A stretch of DNA of 64,000 bases from an uncultured Spirochaetota bacterium (GTDB lineage Bacteria > Spirochaetota > UBA4802 > UBA5550), in assembly GCA_963727175.1 (NCBI GenBank), contig CAVSFD010000002.1:3928782-3992781 (forward strand), in the 5' to 3' direction. Below are positions 1-12,981 of this stretch, piece after piece. The stretch's first letter is position 1. The number at the start of each line of letters is the position of its first letter. The translations under genes and the position numbers were made by a program. The notes below the pieces were generated by a model that did not search any database, was not told the origin of the DNA, and saw nothing but the letters and a program-made list of their open reading frames with translations.

Positions 1-79
1 TTCCTCCAGTGCGCTATTAAAAAAGTTGACACTGAATGCTTCATCCGTACCGTGTGAATGAGACCGCGGAGGTGATTCC

Positions 80-1429
80 ATGCAGGATATCCTGAAAAAA
101 ATCCAAAAACTGACATTGCTAAATGATTACCTAACTCCGGACATGATAAGGGAGAAGGATGTCAAGCTCGGCCTGCGGAACCCCGACGGAACCGGGGTTG
201 TCGTGGGAATAACGTCGAAGGGAAGGGTGGACGGCTACCAGAAGGTCGCAAAGAGCGGCAATACAAAAAGTTATGAGGTGAAGGCGGTCCCCGGAAAGCT
301 TTTTTACTGCGGCTATGACGTCGAGAAAATCATTCAGGCGGCAGAGAAGAACAGGCAGTTCCTGTTCGAGGAGGTGGCATATCTGCTCCTGGCTGGCGAG
401 CTTCCAAAACCGTCCGACCTCAGGAAATTCAGCAGGGAACTTGGTAAGAGGCGAACTTTGTCCAGGCTTGAACGCCAGATCATCATGGGCGAAGTGGAGA
501 ACGACAACCAGATGTATGCCCTCCACAGCGTGCTGTCGCACCTGAGCAGGTGCGACGAAGATGCCGACTCGACCGATATCGACAACGTGTGCCGCCAGAG
601 CATCAACCTGATAGCCAAGTTCCCGACCATTGTCGCAACGAACTACAACGTGCTGCGTTACAGCAAAGGCTTTGACCTGAAAATACTGCGTCCAAAACCG
701 GAATACTCGACGGCTCAGAATTTCCTCTACCTTCTCCATGGCGAGAAGCCGGATGACGAAGAGGCCCATATCTTTGATGTGGCCCTGATCCTTCACGCCG
801 AGCATGGCGGAGGCAACAACTCCACCTTTACCGTTCGGTCGGTATCGTCCAGCGGCGCCAACACCTACATGGCCATTGCAGCAGGCATAGCGTCGCTGTC
901 AGGGCACCTCCACGGCGGGGCCAATGAATCCGTCAAGATAATGATGAAGGATCTGAAAAAAGACCTCAAGGACTGGGGGAGCGAAAAGGAGATCAGGTCT
1001 TATCTCACAAAGATACTTGATAAGAAGGCCGGGGACAGATCCGGCAAGATATACGGTTTCGGACATGCCGTTTATACCATATCTGATCCGCGGGCCCTTA
1101 TTCTGAAGGAATATGCGAGGAATATGGCTAAAAAACGCGACTACTACGAGGAATTTCTGCTTTATGAAAATGTTGAGCGACTAGCCACTTCGATTCTTAA
1201 CAACCGGGGCAAGAAGGTCGTCAGCGCAAATGTCGATTATTATTCGGGTTTCGTGTATGAAATGCTGGGAATCCCCATGGAGCTATATACGCCGATATTC
1301 GCCATGGCACGGGTTGTGGGGTGGTGCGCCCACCGTATCGAACAGATCATGCAGGGGAAGATCCTGCGCCCCGCCTATATCCAGGTCTATGCCGATGAGA
1401 AAGAATACGTGAATCTGAAAGAAAGATAA
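80..1429 (+). CDS. gltA: citrate synthase (Si-type, 449 aa)
   Basis: Full-length ORF with citrate synthase signatures (LHAEHGGGNNSTF..., GFGHAVYTISDPRA, YYSGFVYEMLGIP, ARVVGWCAHRIEQ). Family assignment comes from motif recognition. Confidence 0.8.
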   Translation: MQDILKKIQKLTLLNDYLTPDMIREKDVKLGLRNPDGTGVVVGITSKGRVDGYQKVAKSGNTKSYEVKAVPGKLFYCGYDVEKIIQAAEKNRQFLFEEVAYLLLAGELPKPSDLRKFSRELGKRRTLSRLERQIIMGEVENDNQMYALHSVLSHLSRCDEDADSTDIDNVCRQSINLIAKFPTIVATNYNVLRYSKGFDLKILRPKPEYSTAQNFLYLLHGEKPDDEEAHIFDVALILHAEHGGGNNSTFTVRSVSSSGANTYMAIAAGIASLSGHLHGGANESVKIMMKDLKKDLKDWGSEKEIRSYLTKILDKKAGDRSGKIYGFGHAVYTISDPRALILKEYARNMAKKRDYYEEFLLYENVERLATSILNNRGKKVVSANVDYYSGFVYEMLGIPMELYTPIFAMARVVGWCAHRIEQIMQGKILRPAYIQVYADEKEYVNLKER

Positions 1430-1486
1430 CGGCGGACATTAACCATCATTTCAATTTAACGATATCCGGCAGCGTAGTAGTGATGG

Positions 1487-3526
1487 TTATCTGCTCAGAA
1501 TTCGTTTATAGTATTCTTCTTTATAATTTCTAGCCTTCAGTACAAACCGACGATAGCGCTTTGTTATATCAGGATGCTGTGAGGCTATGTTGTTCTTTTC
1601 ATTCGGGTCTTCTCCGAGATCATAAAGCTCATCAATCCCGTCATCATTTCTAAGGATATACTTCCACTGCTGATCGGCTATTCCCATAAAATCATCCTTC
1701 CACGACGTATGGAGGAGTGCCAACTGCTCCCGGTGAGAGGAGAATACCGATACCCCTTCCTGCTCGGGAGACCGTGCGATACCCAGGATGTCCAGTATGG
1801 TCGGAAGGATGTCGATGTGTCGGGTAATACCGTCATAGTATTCAGGCGAAGGGAACAGCTTTTTGCTGTATATCAGGAACGGCACATGCACGTTTTCGTT
1901 ATAGAGAAAGAACGGATGGTTGTAGTTCATTCTATGCTGATAAAAGGCCTCTCCATGGTCGGCAAAGAGAAATAGAAGCGTATTCTCCATGAGATTGCTC
2001 CGTTCCAGTTCATCAACGAGCATGCCCAGTGCAACGTCTGAATAATAGAGCGAATTCAGATAATTGAGCCAGTTCCTTTTCCTGTAATCCTGGTCTTCAT
2101 CCACGGAGCCGGTTATCTGGAATTCCTTACCGGGGATAGCGTAGGGGTGGTGCGGGTTCACCGGCAACAGCACCAGGAGAGAGGGCTGTTCGTGGCTGCG
2201 CTTCAAATAATCAACCGCCGGTCTGATCATTGCCCGTTCATCAATGCCCCAGCCCACCTGCCTGTTATAGGGCGGGACATTTACAAGATCGTTGTATTCC
2301 AGGATTTCGTCAAATCCTCTGTTCTTTAAAAATCGTTTCTGTCCAGCATAGCCGAGGCCGCCGGTATGTATCAGGCAGGTACGGTAATTGCGCTCCTTTA
2401 GTATCTCCGAAAGCGTACGGAGCTTGATGTCAGGATACTTCTGTATCACCATGTCCTTGGTATTTAAATCATAGGCGGAGGTGAGGACGGAGAGGAGGGC
2501 ATTTGCCGACAGGGGGTAATTGACATAATGGTTGCGGAAATTAATGCTGTTCTTCTCAAGACGGTGCCATGTTTCAATGACATGGCGATCCTGAATTTTG
2601 ATGTCATAATATCTGGACGGGGTAGATTCAAAAAAGTAGAGGATAATATTGTATCGTTTCCCGCGGGGGATACTATCCTGTCTTGAATACCGCCGATCCG
2701 TTGCCAGGGAATCCGTATTGAGCCGGAAGGTAAAGGGGGCCAGATCCTTCCCCATCGGCTTTTCAACGGCGCCGGGTCCGGGTGATGTATCGGTTATAAG
2801 GTTATAAACCGGGTTCAGAGAAAACTCGCGGAGCAACGAGAGGTAACGGGCAGCGTCATGCTTGTACCGTGATTCATGGTATCTGATCGGTGATTCTGGA
2901 TCAGTTGCGAGGGCTATGCCGAGACAGACAACAAGTACCGCGGGGATAAACTGACGTATCGCCCTGAACATGAGCAGCTCGGAATGGAATTCCACCATCT
3001 CCTGCATATCATTGTTTTTTTCCCACCGGTACAGGGCACTATTCATGGCGACCGCCAGCCCGGTCAGGAGAAAAAAGAGGATGTAGAATTCTGCCGAAAA
3101 TTCAGCAAGGGCTGAATCGAGAACATTGCCGAGACCGGAAAAATGCTCCCTGCCGGCGTAATTTTTCTGGAACGATGTTTCATAGACTCTGAAGAATTCC
3201 ATGGAAAAGAGCAGAAAGAAAATTAAAACGACCGAGTACGCGGTGATGATTATGTACCGTATCCGCCTGTATCGCGCCGACAGAAAGAGTATGATGAAGA
3301 GAAATGCCAGTGTAACGCCGAGGGTAGCGGAGTCATAGTGCAGGCATAGCCTGAGATATTCGGAAACCCCCGTGAACCTGACATCCAGGTAAAGGGACTT
3401 GATGTACCAGTATATCCTGAGCCGGTAAAACCCGTAGAGCGCAATGGCCAGAAGGCCCTGGGCAAGAAGGAGATGAGAAATTGCGTTATAGCGGCGTTGT
3501 ATTCGTGTCCAGAGAGGTTCCATCAT
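1487..3526 (-). CDS. membrane-anchored sulfatase/alkaline-phosphatase-superfamily protein (LtaS/MdoB-like architecture; Ser-type S-T-P-S-R motif)
   Basis: N-terminal ~250 aa is hydrophobic with multiple TM helices. C-terminal sulfatase domain has LFADHGEAF and an STPSR nucleophile motif (nt 2612-2626). Confidence 0.65.
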   Translation of the reverse strand: MMEPLWTRIQRRYNAISHLLLAQGLLAIALYGFYRLRIYWYIKSLYLDVRFTGVSEYLRLCLHYDSATLGVTLAFLFIILFLSARYRRIRYIIITAYSVVLIFFLLFSMEFFRVYETSFQKNYAGREHFSGLGNVLDSALAEFSAEFYILFFLLTGLAVAMNSALYRWEKNNDMQEMVEFHSELLMFRAIRQFIPAVLVVCLGIALATDPESPIRYHESRYKHDAARYLSLLREFSLNPVYNLITDTSPGPGAVEKPMGKDLAPFTFRLNTDSLATDRRYSRQDSIPRGKRYNIILYFFESTPSRYYDIKIQDRHVIETWHRLEKNSINFRNHYVNYPLSANALLSVLTSAYDLNTKDMVIQKYPDIKLRTLSEILKERNYRTCLIHTGGLGYAGQKRFLKNRGFDEILEYNDLVNVPPYNRQVGWGIDERAMIRPAVDYLKRSHEQPSLLVLLPVNPHHPYAIPGKEFQITGSVDEDQDYRKRNWLNYLNSLYYSDVALGMLVDELERSNLMENTLLFLFADHGEAFYQHRMNYNHPFFLYNENVHVPFLIYSKKLFPSPEYYDGITRHIDILPTILDILGIARSPEQEGVSVFSSHREQLALLHTSWKDDFMGIADQQWKYILRNDDGIDELYDLGEDPNEKNNIASQHPDITKRYRRFVLKARNYKEEYYKRILSR

Positions 3527-3649
3527 CAGTCATCATTACGCAATATTCGATTTTCCACGCCTGCGCCGCAGATCACGACGATGGAGCAGATGCAGGTAAA
3601 TAGAAAATATACAGGATGCCGGGTCAAGCACTTTGCGAAAGCTGTAGAT

Positions 3650-4531
3650 TCACTTGAAGGCGTACATTACCATGGAACTGGTGGCGGCGAAATCGTTGAA
3701 ATGAATTTTGCTGATGAAATGGTACATCGATATCCTGAGCCAGCGGCGGTAATCCCAGGTTGATTTAAATGTGTACCGTGATTTCTTCAGCTTCGGCAGC
3801 AATCCAAATTCAACCGGGTGAAAGATTTTGATGTTTCGGAATCCTATACCGGTCAGGGTTTGAGCAAGGTTTTTTTTGCTGAAATATGAAAGATGTCCCG
3901 GCATAAAATAGGCGTAGCCACTCCCCTGTAATCTCGCCTGAAGACCGTCCATGTTGGCTGTCTGTATCATCAGAAGCCCCCCCTTGCGGAGCAGGCGGTG
4001 GCATTCCTTCAGGGCGGACAGCGGATCAGGGAGATGTTCGACCACTTCGATCATGGTTATGGCTGAAAAAAAATCTCTTTCAAAGGGATGATCATCCAGG
4101 GTCCCGATGTGGACAGGGCCGACGGCAGCAGTCTTTGAATAACCGCCGGCGTACGGTGAAACCTCTATTCCATGAGGTGCATAATACCGGGAGGCCGCCT
4201 TGAGGAGTCCTCCGAAGGAGGAGCCCACATCAAGGAAGTTGCCACCGGGTACGTGCCGGTGAAGAATCTCGATGCGCTTGTTCCAGACATATGCAGAATA
4301 TTTTTCCGCCTCGCGCTCATCATAATAGGAGTATTCCGCCCGGCCGGTATAGTAATCCTCGCCGTATAGATTGCGTATCGCCTCGTCGTTCAGACGCGGG
4401 TTCATGAACATGAAGCCGCACGTTCCGCACCGGTCTACAGTGAATGCCGGGGAATATCGTTCAATCCGGTAGCGGGGTGCTATCTGTCCACTTCCGCAAA
4501 GAGGACAGGTATGTACTGATCGGTCAAACAT
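3650..4531 (-). CDS. class I SAM-dependent methyltransferase with N-terminal zinc-ribbon (CPLCGSG...CGTCGF)
   Basis: Two CxxC pairs at the N-terminus. SAM-binding glycine-rich motif (LDVGSSFGG) and an acidic loop typical of Methyltransf_23-like enzymes. Confidence 0.55.
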   Translation of the reverse strand: MFDRSVHTCPLCGSGQIAPRYRIERYSPAFTVDRCGTCGFMFMNPRLNDEAIRNLYGEDYYTGRAEYSYYDEREAEKYSAYVWNKRIEILHRHVPGGNFLDVGSSFGGLLKAASRYYAPHGIEVSPYAGGYSKTAAVGPVHIGTLDDHPFERDFFSAITMIEVVEHLPDPLSALKECHRLLRKGGLLMIQTANMDGLQARLQGSGYAYFMPGHLSYFSKKNLAQTLTGIGFRNIKIFHPVEFGLLPKLKKSRYTFKSTWDYRRWLRISMYHFISKIHFNDFAATSSMVMYAFK

Positions 4532-4580
4532 ACTGGGGTTACCGGCCGGGCCACGGACGTGTTCCGGACCTGATCCTCCG

Positions 4581-5222
4581 TTATCTGCGCGCCTCTATGA
4601 CCCAGTGGGATATTAATGCCGTGATATCCCCCATGAGCGTCCGTTCCATGAGGCCGTAGGTAAATTCATTAAAAATTGAGAATGATACCTTTAATTCTTC
4701 CTCGCTGTAAAAGGCGGCGATCGATCCGTTGATGTCGTTCAGGTCCGTGATCCATGTGTCGTTGCCGAGGTGCTTCCCCCGCTTCAGGTAGGTGTCGCGC
4801 TCTGACCTGAGTGTAGCAAAAAGGTATCCGCCTCTTTTGAGGATCCTTAGAATTTCCTCCAGCATTTCGATCAGATCGTACTTGTTGTTATAGTGGAGCG
4901 AACCCCAGGCAATGACGATGTCAGCAGAACCGCTTTTAAGGGGCAGGTGGAGGTTGTTTCCCTGCAGGAGCGGACCGGGACATTGTCTGCGGGAAATCAC
5001 AAGGGCATTGTAGCTCGCGTCGAGGCCGACGATCATGGACAGACCCATATCGGCGAGGAGTTTAAGGTGCCTTCCGCTGCCGCACCCGAGATCAACTGCG
5101 GTAAGTCCCGCCGGGGAGCTTAAGAGTGTATTTTTTTTCAGGAGGCGCACCAGGTTTTCATCCGGGTAGAGAAGTTCGGATTTCCCGGCGGTGTAATGGG
5201 TCTCCCATGAAGCATCTTTCAT
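4581..5222 (-). CDS. class I SAM-dependent methyltransferase
   Basis: Motif I VDLGCGSGRH and a post-I acidic residue (GLDAS). 213 aa. Stop overlaps the next gene, so likely co-operonic. Confidence 0.6.
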   Translation of the reverse strand: MKDASWETHYTAGKSELLYPDENLVRLLKKNTLLSSPAGLTAVDLGCGSGRHLKLLADMGLSMIVGLDASYNALVISRRQCPGPLLQGNNLHLPLKSGSADIVIAWGSLHYNNKYDLIEMLEEILRILKRGGYLFATLRSERDTYLKRGKHLGNDTWITDLNDINGSIAAFYSEEELKVSFSIFNEFTYGLMERTLMGDITALISHWVIEARR

Positions 5223-5225
5223 AGA

Positions 5226-6443
5226 TCACTTGATCCGGATATTGAAGTTTGATGCCGCGGTCTCGGAAAGCGCCAGTGCCTCTTCCCTGGTAGCGGCGGC
5301 TACGACTACAACGCCTATTCGGTCATGGTTGGTGACCGGGTCATTTATGGGCGAACCCATCTCCTTGAAAATACGTGAAAATATTGTTCCTTCCACGGTG
5401 CGGGGCCCTTCGGGATTGCATGACGCCAGTACACCCTTCTGCCCGGTTATGTACCGTACGACGACGGCGTTTCTTTTTTTCTGCTGCTGGGGAGGCCGGA
5501 ATCCGTTATTCGTCATCGATTTGATGGCCTCGCCTATGATGTTGTAGTTGATGCTGGCAGGCACCAGAACGTCCGGAATGAACTCGCCGCCGAATTCGGG
5601 TACCGCCTCGATAAGAAACGCCTCTTCATCGCTGGTGATGACAAGTTCCATGATGAGAGGAGCCCGTGCTATCCCGAATGCCCCGGCGACTTTCTGGCCT
5701 ATTTTCTCAATTCGTTTGGACAGGTGAAGATATTTTGACGGCGACACGTGGACCATGTCGATGAAGTAGGGGGGGTATGCTGTTTTCTTGTCGGTGATCT
5801 CCACGAGATGATACGTGCCGTCATGGATGATCCCGGCCACGATTATCTCGTCGCCCTCAATGAATTTCTCCAACAGATAGTCGTCTTCGCTACCGTATTG
5901 CGAGGTGCAGATTTTTTTTAATTCCGTGCTGTCGGAGGCCAGGCGCACATTTGTCTTGGCGTGACCGACATTCGGCTTGACGATTACCGGAAATCCATCT
6001 GCGGCATCTCTGTCGTTTCGTGACCGAAAATTATACTGGATACTGCAGGGCGACTGAATGGAATGATCGATAAAACGGTTTTTCATCTTTTTTTTATCGA
6101 TAAAGCAATCGGTGCTGGAAAAAGGTATGAAGGGTATCTTGAATTTTTCCGTCAGGTAGCTGGTGGTGACAATCGCAGGACCGTATGATTTAGTCATTAC
6201 TCCGCGGATATCGCCGTCAACCAGGAGTTCTATAAGTTTCTTGTATATGCTATCATAGTTTTCTATTGATTCCTGTATCTTCAGATCACATTGATAGAAG
6301 CCGGCTGCAGAAACGTTTGCATCGACACCGATAACATGAAAACCCTGTTTTTTCGCCTCGGATATGAGAGGGATCTGGTTTAATCCGGAACCGATGGAAA
6401 CAAAATAGTTCAATTGTTGTGTTTTTCTTTTTTTGAAAAGCAT
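5226..6443 (-). CDS. ATP-grasp domain ligase (carboxylate-amine ligase family)
   Basis: 405 aa with ATP-grasp-like core (VIVKP..GHAKTNVRLA, EKFIEGDEIIVAGII). GC drops toward the 5' end of the gene. Confidence 0.5.
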   Translation of the reverse strand: MLFKKRKTQQLNYFVSIGSGLNQIPLISEAKKQGFHVIGVDANVSAAGFYQCDLKIQESIENYDSIYKKLIELLVDGDIRGVMTKSYGPAIVTTSYLTEKFKIPFIPFSSTDCFIDKKKMKNRFIDHSIQSPCSIQYNFRSRNDRDAADGFPVIVKPNVGHAKTNVRLASDSTELKKICTSQYGSEDDYLLEKFIEGDEIIVAGIIHDGTYHLVEITDKKTAYPPYFIDMVHVSPSKYLHLSKRIEKIGQKVAGAFGIARAPLIMELVITSDEEAFLIEAVPEFGGEFIPDVLVPASINYNIIGEAIKSMTNNGFRPPQQQKKRNAVVVRYITGQKGVLASCNPEGPRTVEGTIFSRIFKEMGSPINDPVTNHDRIGVVVVAAATREEALALSETAASNFNIRIK

Positions 6444-6599
6444 GGATTATTTTTGAATGATTTAAGGATACCGTCAACAAGTTTATCATTCATCAATGGT
6501 AATATTACCTGTGCCGAGACTGCATGAACAGCCCGGTCAGGTGGAACAGAATTTTAGAAGGACAAAAACATGAGTTCATGATCGTTGAGTTATGGATTA

Positions 6600-6944
6600 C
6601 TATTCACCGGATCTTACATCAATATTTAATAGCTTATTATAATCGTGTAGTGACGACATGAAATTTGTATCAAACTGCCCATGTGCGGGTTCAACATTAA
6701 TGGTATAGATTTTTTTGGAGCTCAATAAGCAAAGGTGATTTTCCTTCTGTCTGCGTAGATGGAGATTATTGTAACTATTTATGAAGTGATACTCATTGAG
6801 GAAGGTGTTCAATTTTTCTTTAGGAAAGATCCTAATAGTATTGTATTTTTTCAACAAATTTTTGAATATGACAAAATTTGAAGGATCATTGATATTGTAA
6901 AAAAAATATACACAATTGTGTATTTGATAATTTATAGCTTGCAT
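6600..6944 (-). CDS. hypothetical protein, very low GC (Asn/Lys/Tyr-rich)
   Basis: 114-aa ORF in a ~25% GC stretch upstream of the ATP-grasp gene. No recognisable domain. May be spurious or foreign-derived. Confidence 0.2.
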   Translation of the reverse strand: MQAINYQIHNCVYFFYNINDPSNFVIFKNLLKKYNTIRIFPKEKLNTFLNEYHFINSYNNLHLRRQKENHLCLLSSKKIYTINVEPAHGQFDTNFMSSLHDYNKLLNIDVRSGE

Positions 6945-6967
6945 ATAATTTTGAATATTGCTATAAT
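6939..6967 (+). promoter_or_regulatory. near-consensus sigma70 promoter (TTGCAT-17-TATAAT) upstream of mcsA
   Basis: Hexamers TTGCAT at 6939-6944 and TATAAT at 6962-6967 with a 17-nt spacer, about 85 nt upstream of the mcsA start. Confidence 0.35.
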
Positions 6968-7053
6968 AGATATATTAGCCGTGTAAAAATGATTTTTGAT
7001 AACAGGATTTCTTAATTTTTTGTATATTATTAACAGGTATTGAAACATACACC

Positions 7054-7575
7054 ATGTTCTGTGAACGTTGCAAAAATATTGAAGCAACAATACACCTGAC
7101 CGAGATAATCAAGGATGTAAAGTCAGAACTGCATCTATGCGAAAACTGCGCCAGGGAAATAGGATTGAATTCAAAGCTTTCTAATTTTTCCCTTTCTATT
7201 CCGGAGATGCTGTCCTTTCTTGATATCGACGAAGTGGATGATTACGTAAACGGCAGTGTTTGTAAAAGCTGTGGCATGTCTTTTGTTGATTACAGCCGGG
7301 AAAGCAAGCTCGGATGTCCCGACTGCTACCGTTACCTGGGAGAATCGTTAAAATCGGTTATCGCGGGATATCATGGAGCGGTAAAACACACGGGGAAGCA
7401 TCCAAACAATCCCGTGGGCATTACCAGCATTACCTACGAAAAAACGGTTGTCGCAGCCAACCCGAAGAAGTCAATGGAGGAATTGAAGAATCTGTTGAAC
7501 CGGGCCGTGGCCGATGAACGCTACGAGGAAGCTGCCCTGCTGCGAGATAAGATAAGGGAATTGGAACTGAAATGA
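7054..7575 (+). CDS. mcsA: McsA-like activator of protein-arginine kinase (zinc fingers plus C-terminal UVR motif)
   Basis: CERC...CENC and CKSCG...CPDC zinc-finger pairs. C-terminal UvrB/C-like motif (ERYEEAALLRDKIRELE). Gene order is mcsA-mcsB-clpC. Confidence 0.7.
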   Translation: MFCERCKNIEATIHLTEIIKDVKSELHLCENCAREIGLNSKLSNFSLSIPEMLSFLDIDEVDDYVNGSVCKSCGMSFVDYSRESKLGCPDCYRYLGESLKSVIAGYHGAVKHTGKHPNNPVGITSITYEKTVVAANPKKSMEELKNLLNRAVADERYEEAALLRDKIRELELK

Positions 7576-7593
7576 TCGTGAGGGGAAGAACCA

Positions 7594-8648
7594 TTGTTTG
7601 AGGAAGTATTACAACAGTCCGGATTCTGGACATCAACCGGACCTTTCAGCCATATTGTTCTCTCCAGCAGGCTCAGGCTGGCCCGTAATATGCAGTCGGT
7701 TCCCTTCCCCGGCAGGATGCTCACCGACGAATCATATCCAATTCGGGGGGCCATGGAGAAGTTTGCCTATGAATCGAAGTACCGGGACCATACGAGCATC
7801 ATAGACCTGAAGGAGATTGACGCCAACGAGAAGCGTTTTTTACGCGAGCGTAATATTATTACCTACGAGATGGAAGTTGCCGAAAACAGCCTGGTAGCGA
7901 TTAATAACAGTGATGATTTCAGCATCCTGGTGAACGAGGAAGACCATTTTCGCATACAGGTCATCCGTCCAGGGCTGCAGCTCACAGAGGTCTACAAAAC
8001 GGCTGACCTGGTGGACAACGAACTGAACCGGTTTGTCCCGTATGCCTTCTCTGATGACCTGGGGTTCCTGACGGCCTGCACGTCGAACCTCGGCACCGGG
8101 CTCCGTGTTTCAGTTCTGCTTCATCTTCCGATAATAACCATGAAGAACGGTATACAGGAACTTCTTCCCGAAGACAGAAAAAACAAGATTGAGATAAAGG
8201 GCACCATTGGAAAATCGAGCAAGACTCTCGGCTCCCTGTACCAGCTTTCCAACAGGGTCTCCCTGGGTCTGTCGGAGGTAGACATCATCGAGTCACTTGA
8301 TGATGTAATCGGCAGTATCCTTGATAAAGAAGACACAAGACGCGATGAATTCTTCTCAGAGTCCCGCACGGAAGTTGAGGACATTGTATGGCGTGCCTAT
8401 GGCGCGCTCCGGTATTCGCGGCGGATCAGCTATATAGAGGCCATGGACCATCTATCAAATGTCCGCCTCGGTATTGTTCTGGCGATAATTAAGAGCATCG
8501 ATGTCAAAACGGTTAATGACATCATGGTCAATATCCAGTGGGCCCACCTCCAGAGACATTACGCGCTGCTCTTCAAGAGCACCGGCGAGTGCGACGAGTA
8601 CCGGGCCGACTATATACGGAAATTATTACATTCTTTAGAGGTCAAATA

Positions 8649-8649
<1 letters not shown>
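7594..8649 (+). CDS. mcsB: protein-arginine kinase McsB (ATP:guanido phosphotransferase family)
   Basis: Phosphagen-kinase active-site signature CTSNLGTGLR. 351 aa. Stop overlaps the clpC start (TAATG). Confidence 0.8.
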
Positions 8650-11054
<2,405 letters not shown>

Positions 11055-11148
11055 AGATATCGGCAAGGTTTCTCCCGGCGATGACGAGGTAGACGCTGAC
11101 GGCGAACTTCTGGAGACCAGCCCCCTGGAGATAAAAGGTATTCAGTGA

Positions 11149-12425
11149 ATGGGATATACTATAGCTGAAAAAATATTCGACTGCGCATCGCATCGACAAC
11201 CCGACACCAGCCATACACGTTTTAACAATTGACGCGGTTTTCTGCCACGAGATCACGACGCCGATAGCGATCAATGACCTGATCGCGAAAGGGAAAGGAC
11301 AGGGTGTTCGATCCCGAGAAAATCAAGGCCGTGATCGACCACGTGACCCCCGCAAAGGATTCCAAGACAGCGGAGCAGGGTAAAATCCTGCGAGACTGGG
11401 CGAGGCGCCACGGTATCCAGGATTATTTCGACATCGGGCGCAACGGCGTGTGCCACGCCCTGTTTCCGGAAAAAGGCTTCGTGCGCCCCGGCTACACCGT
11501 CATCATGGGTGATTCCCACACCTGCACCCACGGCGCCTTCGGTGCCTTCGCCGCCGGTGTCGGTTCGACAGACCTTGAAGTGGCCATCCTCAAGGGCGTG
11601 TGCGCCTTCAATTCGCCCCGGACCATGAGGATCAACGTTACCGGCGCACTTCCTGAAGGCGTCTTCGCCAAAGATGTCATCCTCTCGATAATCGCAAAAA
11701 TCGGCGTAAACGGCGCAACCAACATGGTCATGGAATTTACCGGCCCGGTGATTGCCGCCATGTCGCATGGAATCGCGCATGACCCTCTGCAACATGGCCG
11801 TTGAAGCAGGAGCAACAAGCGGGATCTGCTACCCTGACAGGACCACGGTGGACTACCTGTGGGAATTCATCAAAAATGATTTTGTATCCCCGGATAAGGC
11901 GCGTCAAAGATTACGCGAAGTGGATCTCCGATACCGACGCCAAGTATGAAAAGGTCATTGCCCTGGACGTATCCGACCTCGAACCGGTCGTCACCTTCGA
12001 CTACAAGCCGGACCAGGTGAAGCCGGTACGCCTCATGGAAGGGACTCCTGTCGACCAGATCTATATCGGTTCGTGCACCAACGGACGCATCGAAGATCTC
12101 CGGATCGCGGCCGCGGTTTTAAAAGGGAAGACGAATCAGCGACCGGGTCAGGGCCATCGTGTCTCCGGCAACCCCGAAGGTATACCAGACGGCCCTCGAA
12201 GAAGGAATAATAAAGATATTCATGGACGCTGGTTTCTGCGTCACCAACCCGACCTGCGGCGCCTGCCTGGGTATGAGCAACGGCGTGCTGGCGCCCGGCG
12301 AGGTGTGCGGCGCCACGACTAACAGGAATTTCCAGGGGCAGGATGGGGGCGGGCGGCATGGTGCACCTCATGAGCCCGGCTACCGCGGCTGCCTCTGCAA
12401 TTGCCGGGTCCATCACGAATTCTGA
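11149..12425 (+). pseudogene. leuC: 3-isopropylmalate dehydratase/aconitase-family large subunit (LeuC-like), disrupted by at least 4 frameshifts
   Basis: LeuC-like segments (MGYTIAEKIF..., [67 protein letters not shown]) lie in different reading frames across 11149-12425. Confidence 0.6.
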
Positions 12426-12448
12426 ACTCTACCGGGGAAAGAAGTAAC

Positions 12449-12974
12449 ATGAAGAATTTCAGCGGAAAAGTGCTGTTCCTCGACAGGGCTGACATCAATA
12501 CTGACGAAATAATCCCGGCCCATTATCTCACCGAGATAACAAAGGAGGCCCTTAAGCCCCATCTTCTCGAGGGGCTGAAGATGCGAAGGCTTTGACCACC
12601 GACGCGACATCCCGGGAAAAAGCGTCATAATAACAAGGTCGAATTTCGGGTGCGGCTCATCGCGGGAGCATGCGCCATGGGCGCTGGAAATGAACGGCAT
12701 CAACCTGGTTATCGCCGAGAGTTTTGCACGTATTTTCCGGCAGAACATGTACAACGGCGGCATGATGGCGGTGGAACTCCCCAGCGAGGCCATAGACCAG
12801 CTTTTTTCCGCCGCAGCCGGCAAGGAAGCAGAGATCGAAACAGATTTCGCCATGGGCCAGTTCATCATACGGATAAACGGAGAGGAGGAGCGGATACGCT
12901 TCACCATTTCCGATTTCGACCGTGAACTTGTGCAGGCCGGGGGCTGGCTGGAATACGCGGATAAAAAATATTAA
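12449..12974 (+). pseudogene. leuD: 3-isopropylmalate dehydratase small subunit (LeuD-like), two frameshifts
   Basis: MKNFSGKVLFLDRADINTDEIIPA... breaks at about 12575 and again at about 12610. It continues in another frame as SNFGCGSSREHAPWALEMNGINLVIAESFARIF. The first break looks like an A-homopolymer deletion (ctgaag-atg where ctgaaagat is expected). Confidence 0.6.
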
Positions 12975-12981
12975 AAATTGT

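Noticed and set aside
6945-7053. CtsR operator or CIRCE element upstream of mcsA
   Set aside because: No GGTCAAA-NAN-GGTCAAA direct repeat and no TTAGCACTC-N9-GAGTGCTAA inverted repeat found by eye. Only a sigma70-like promoter is present.
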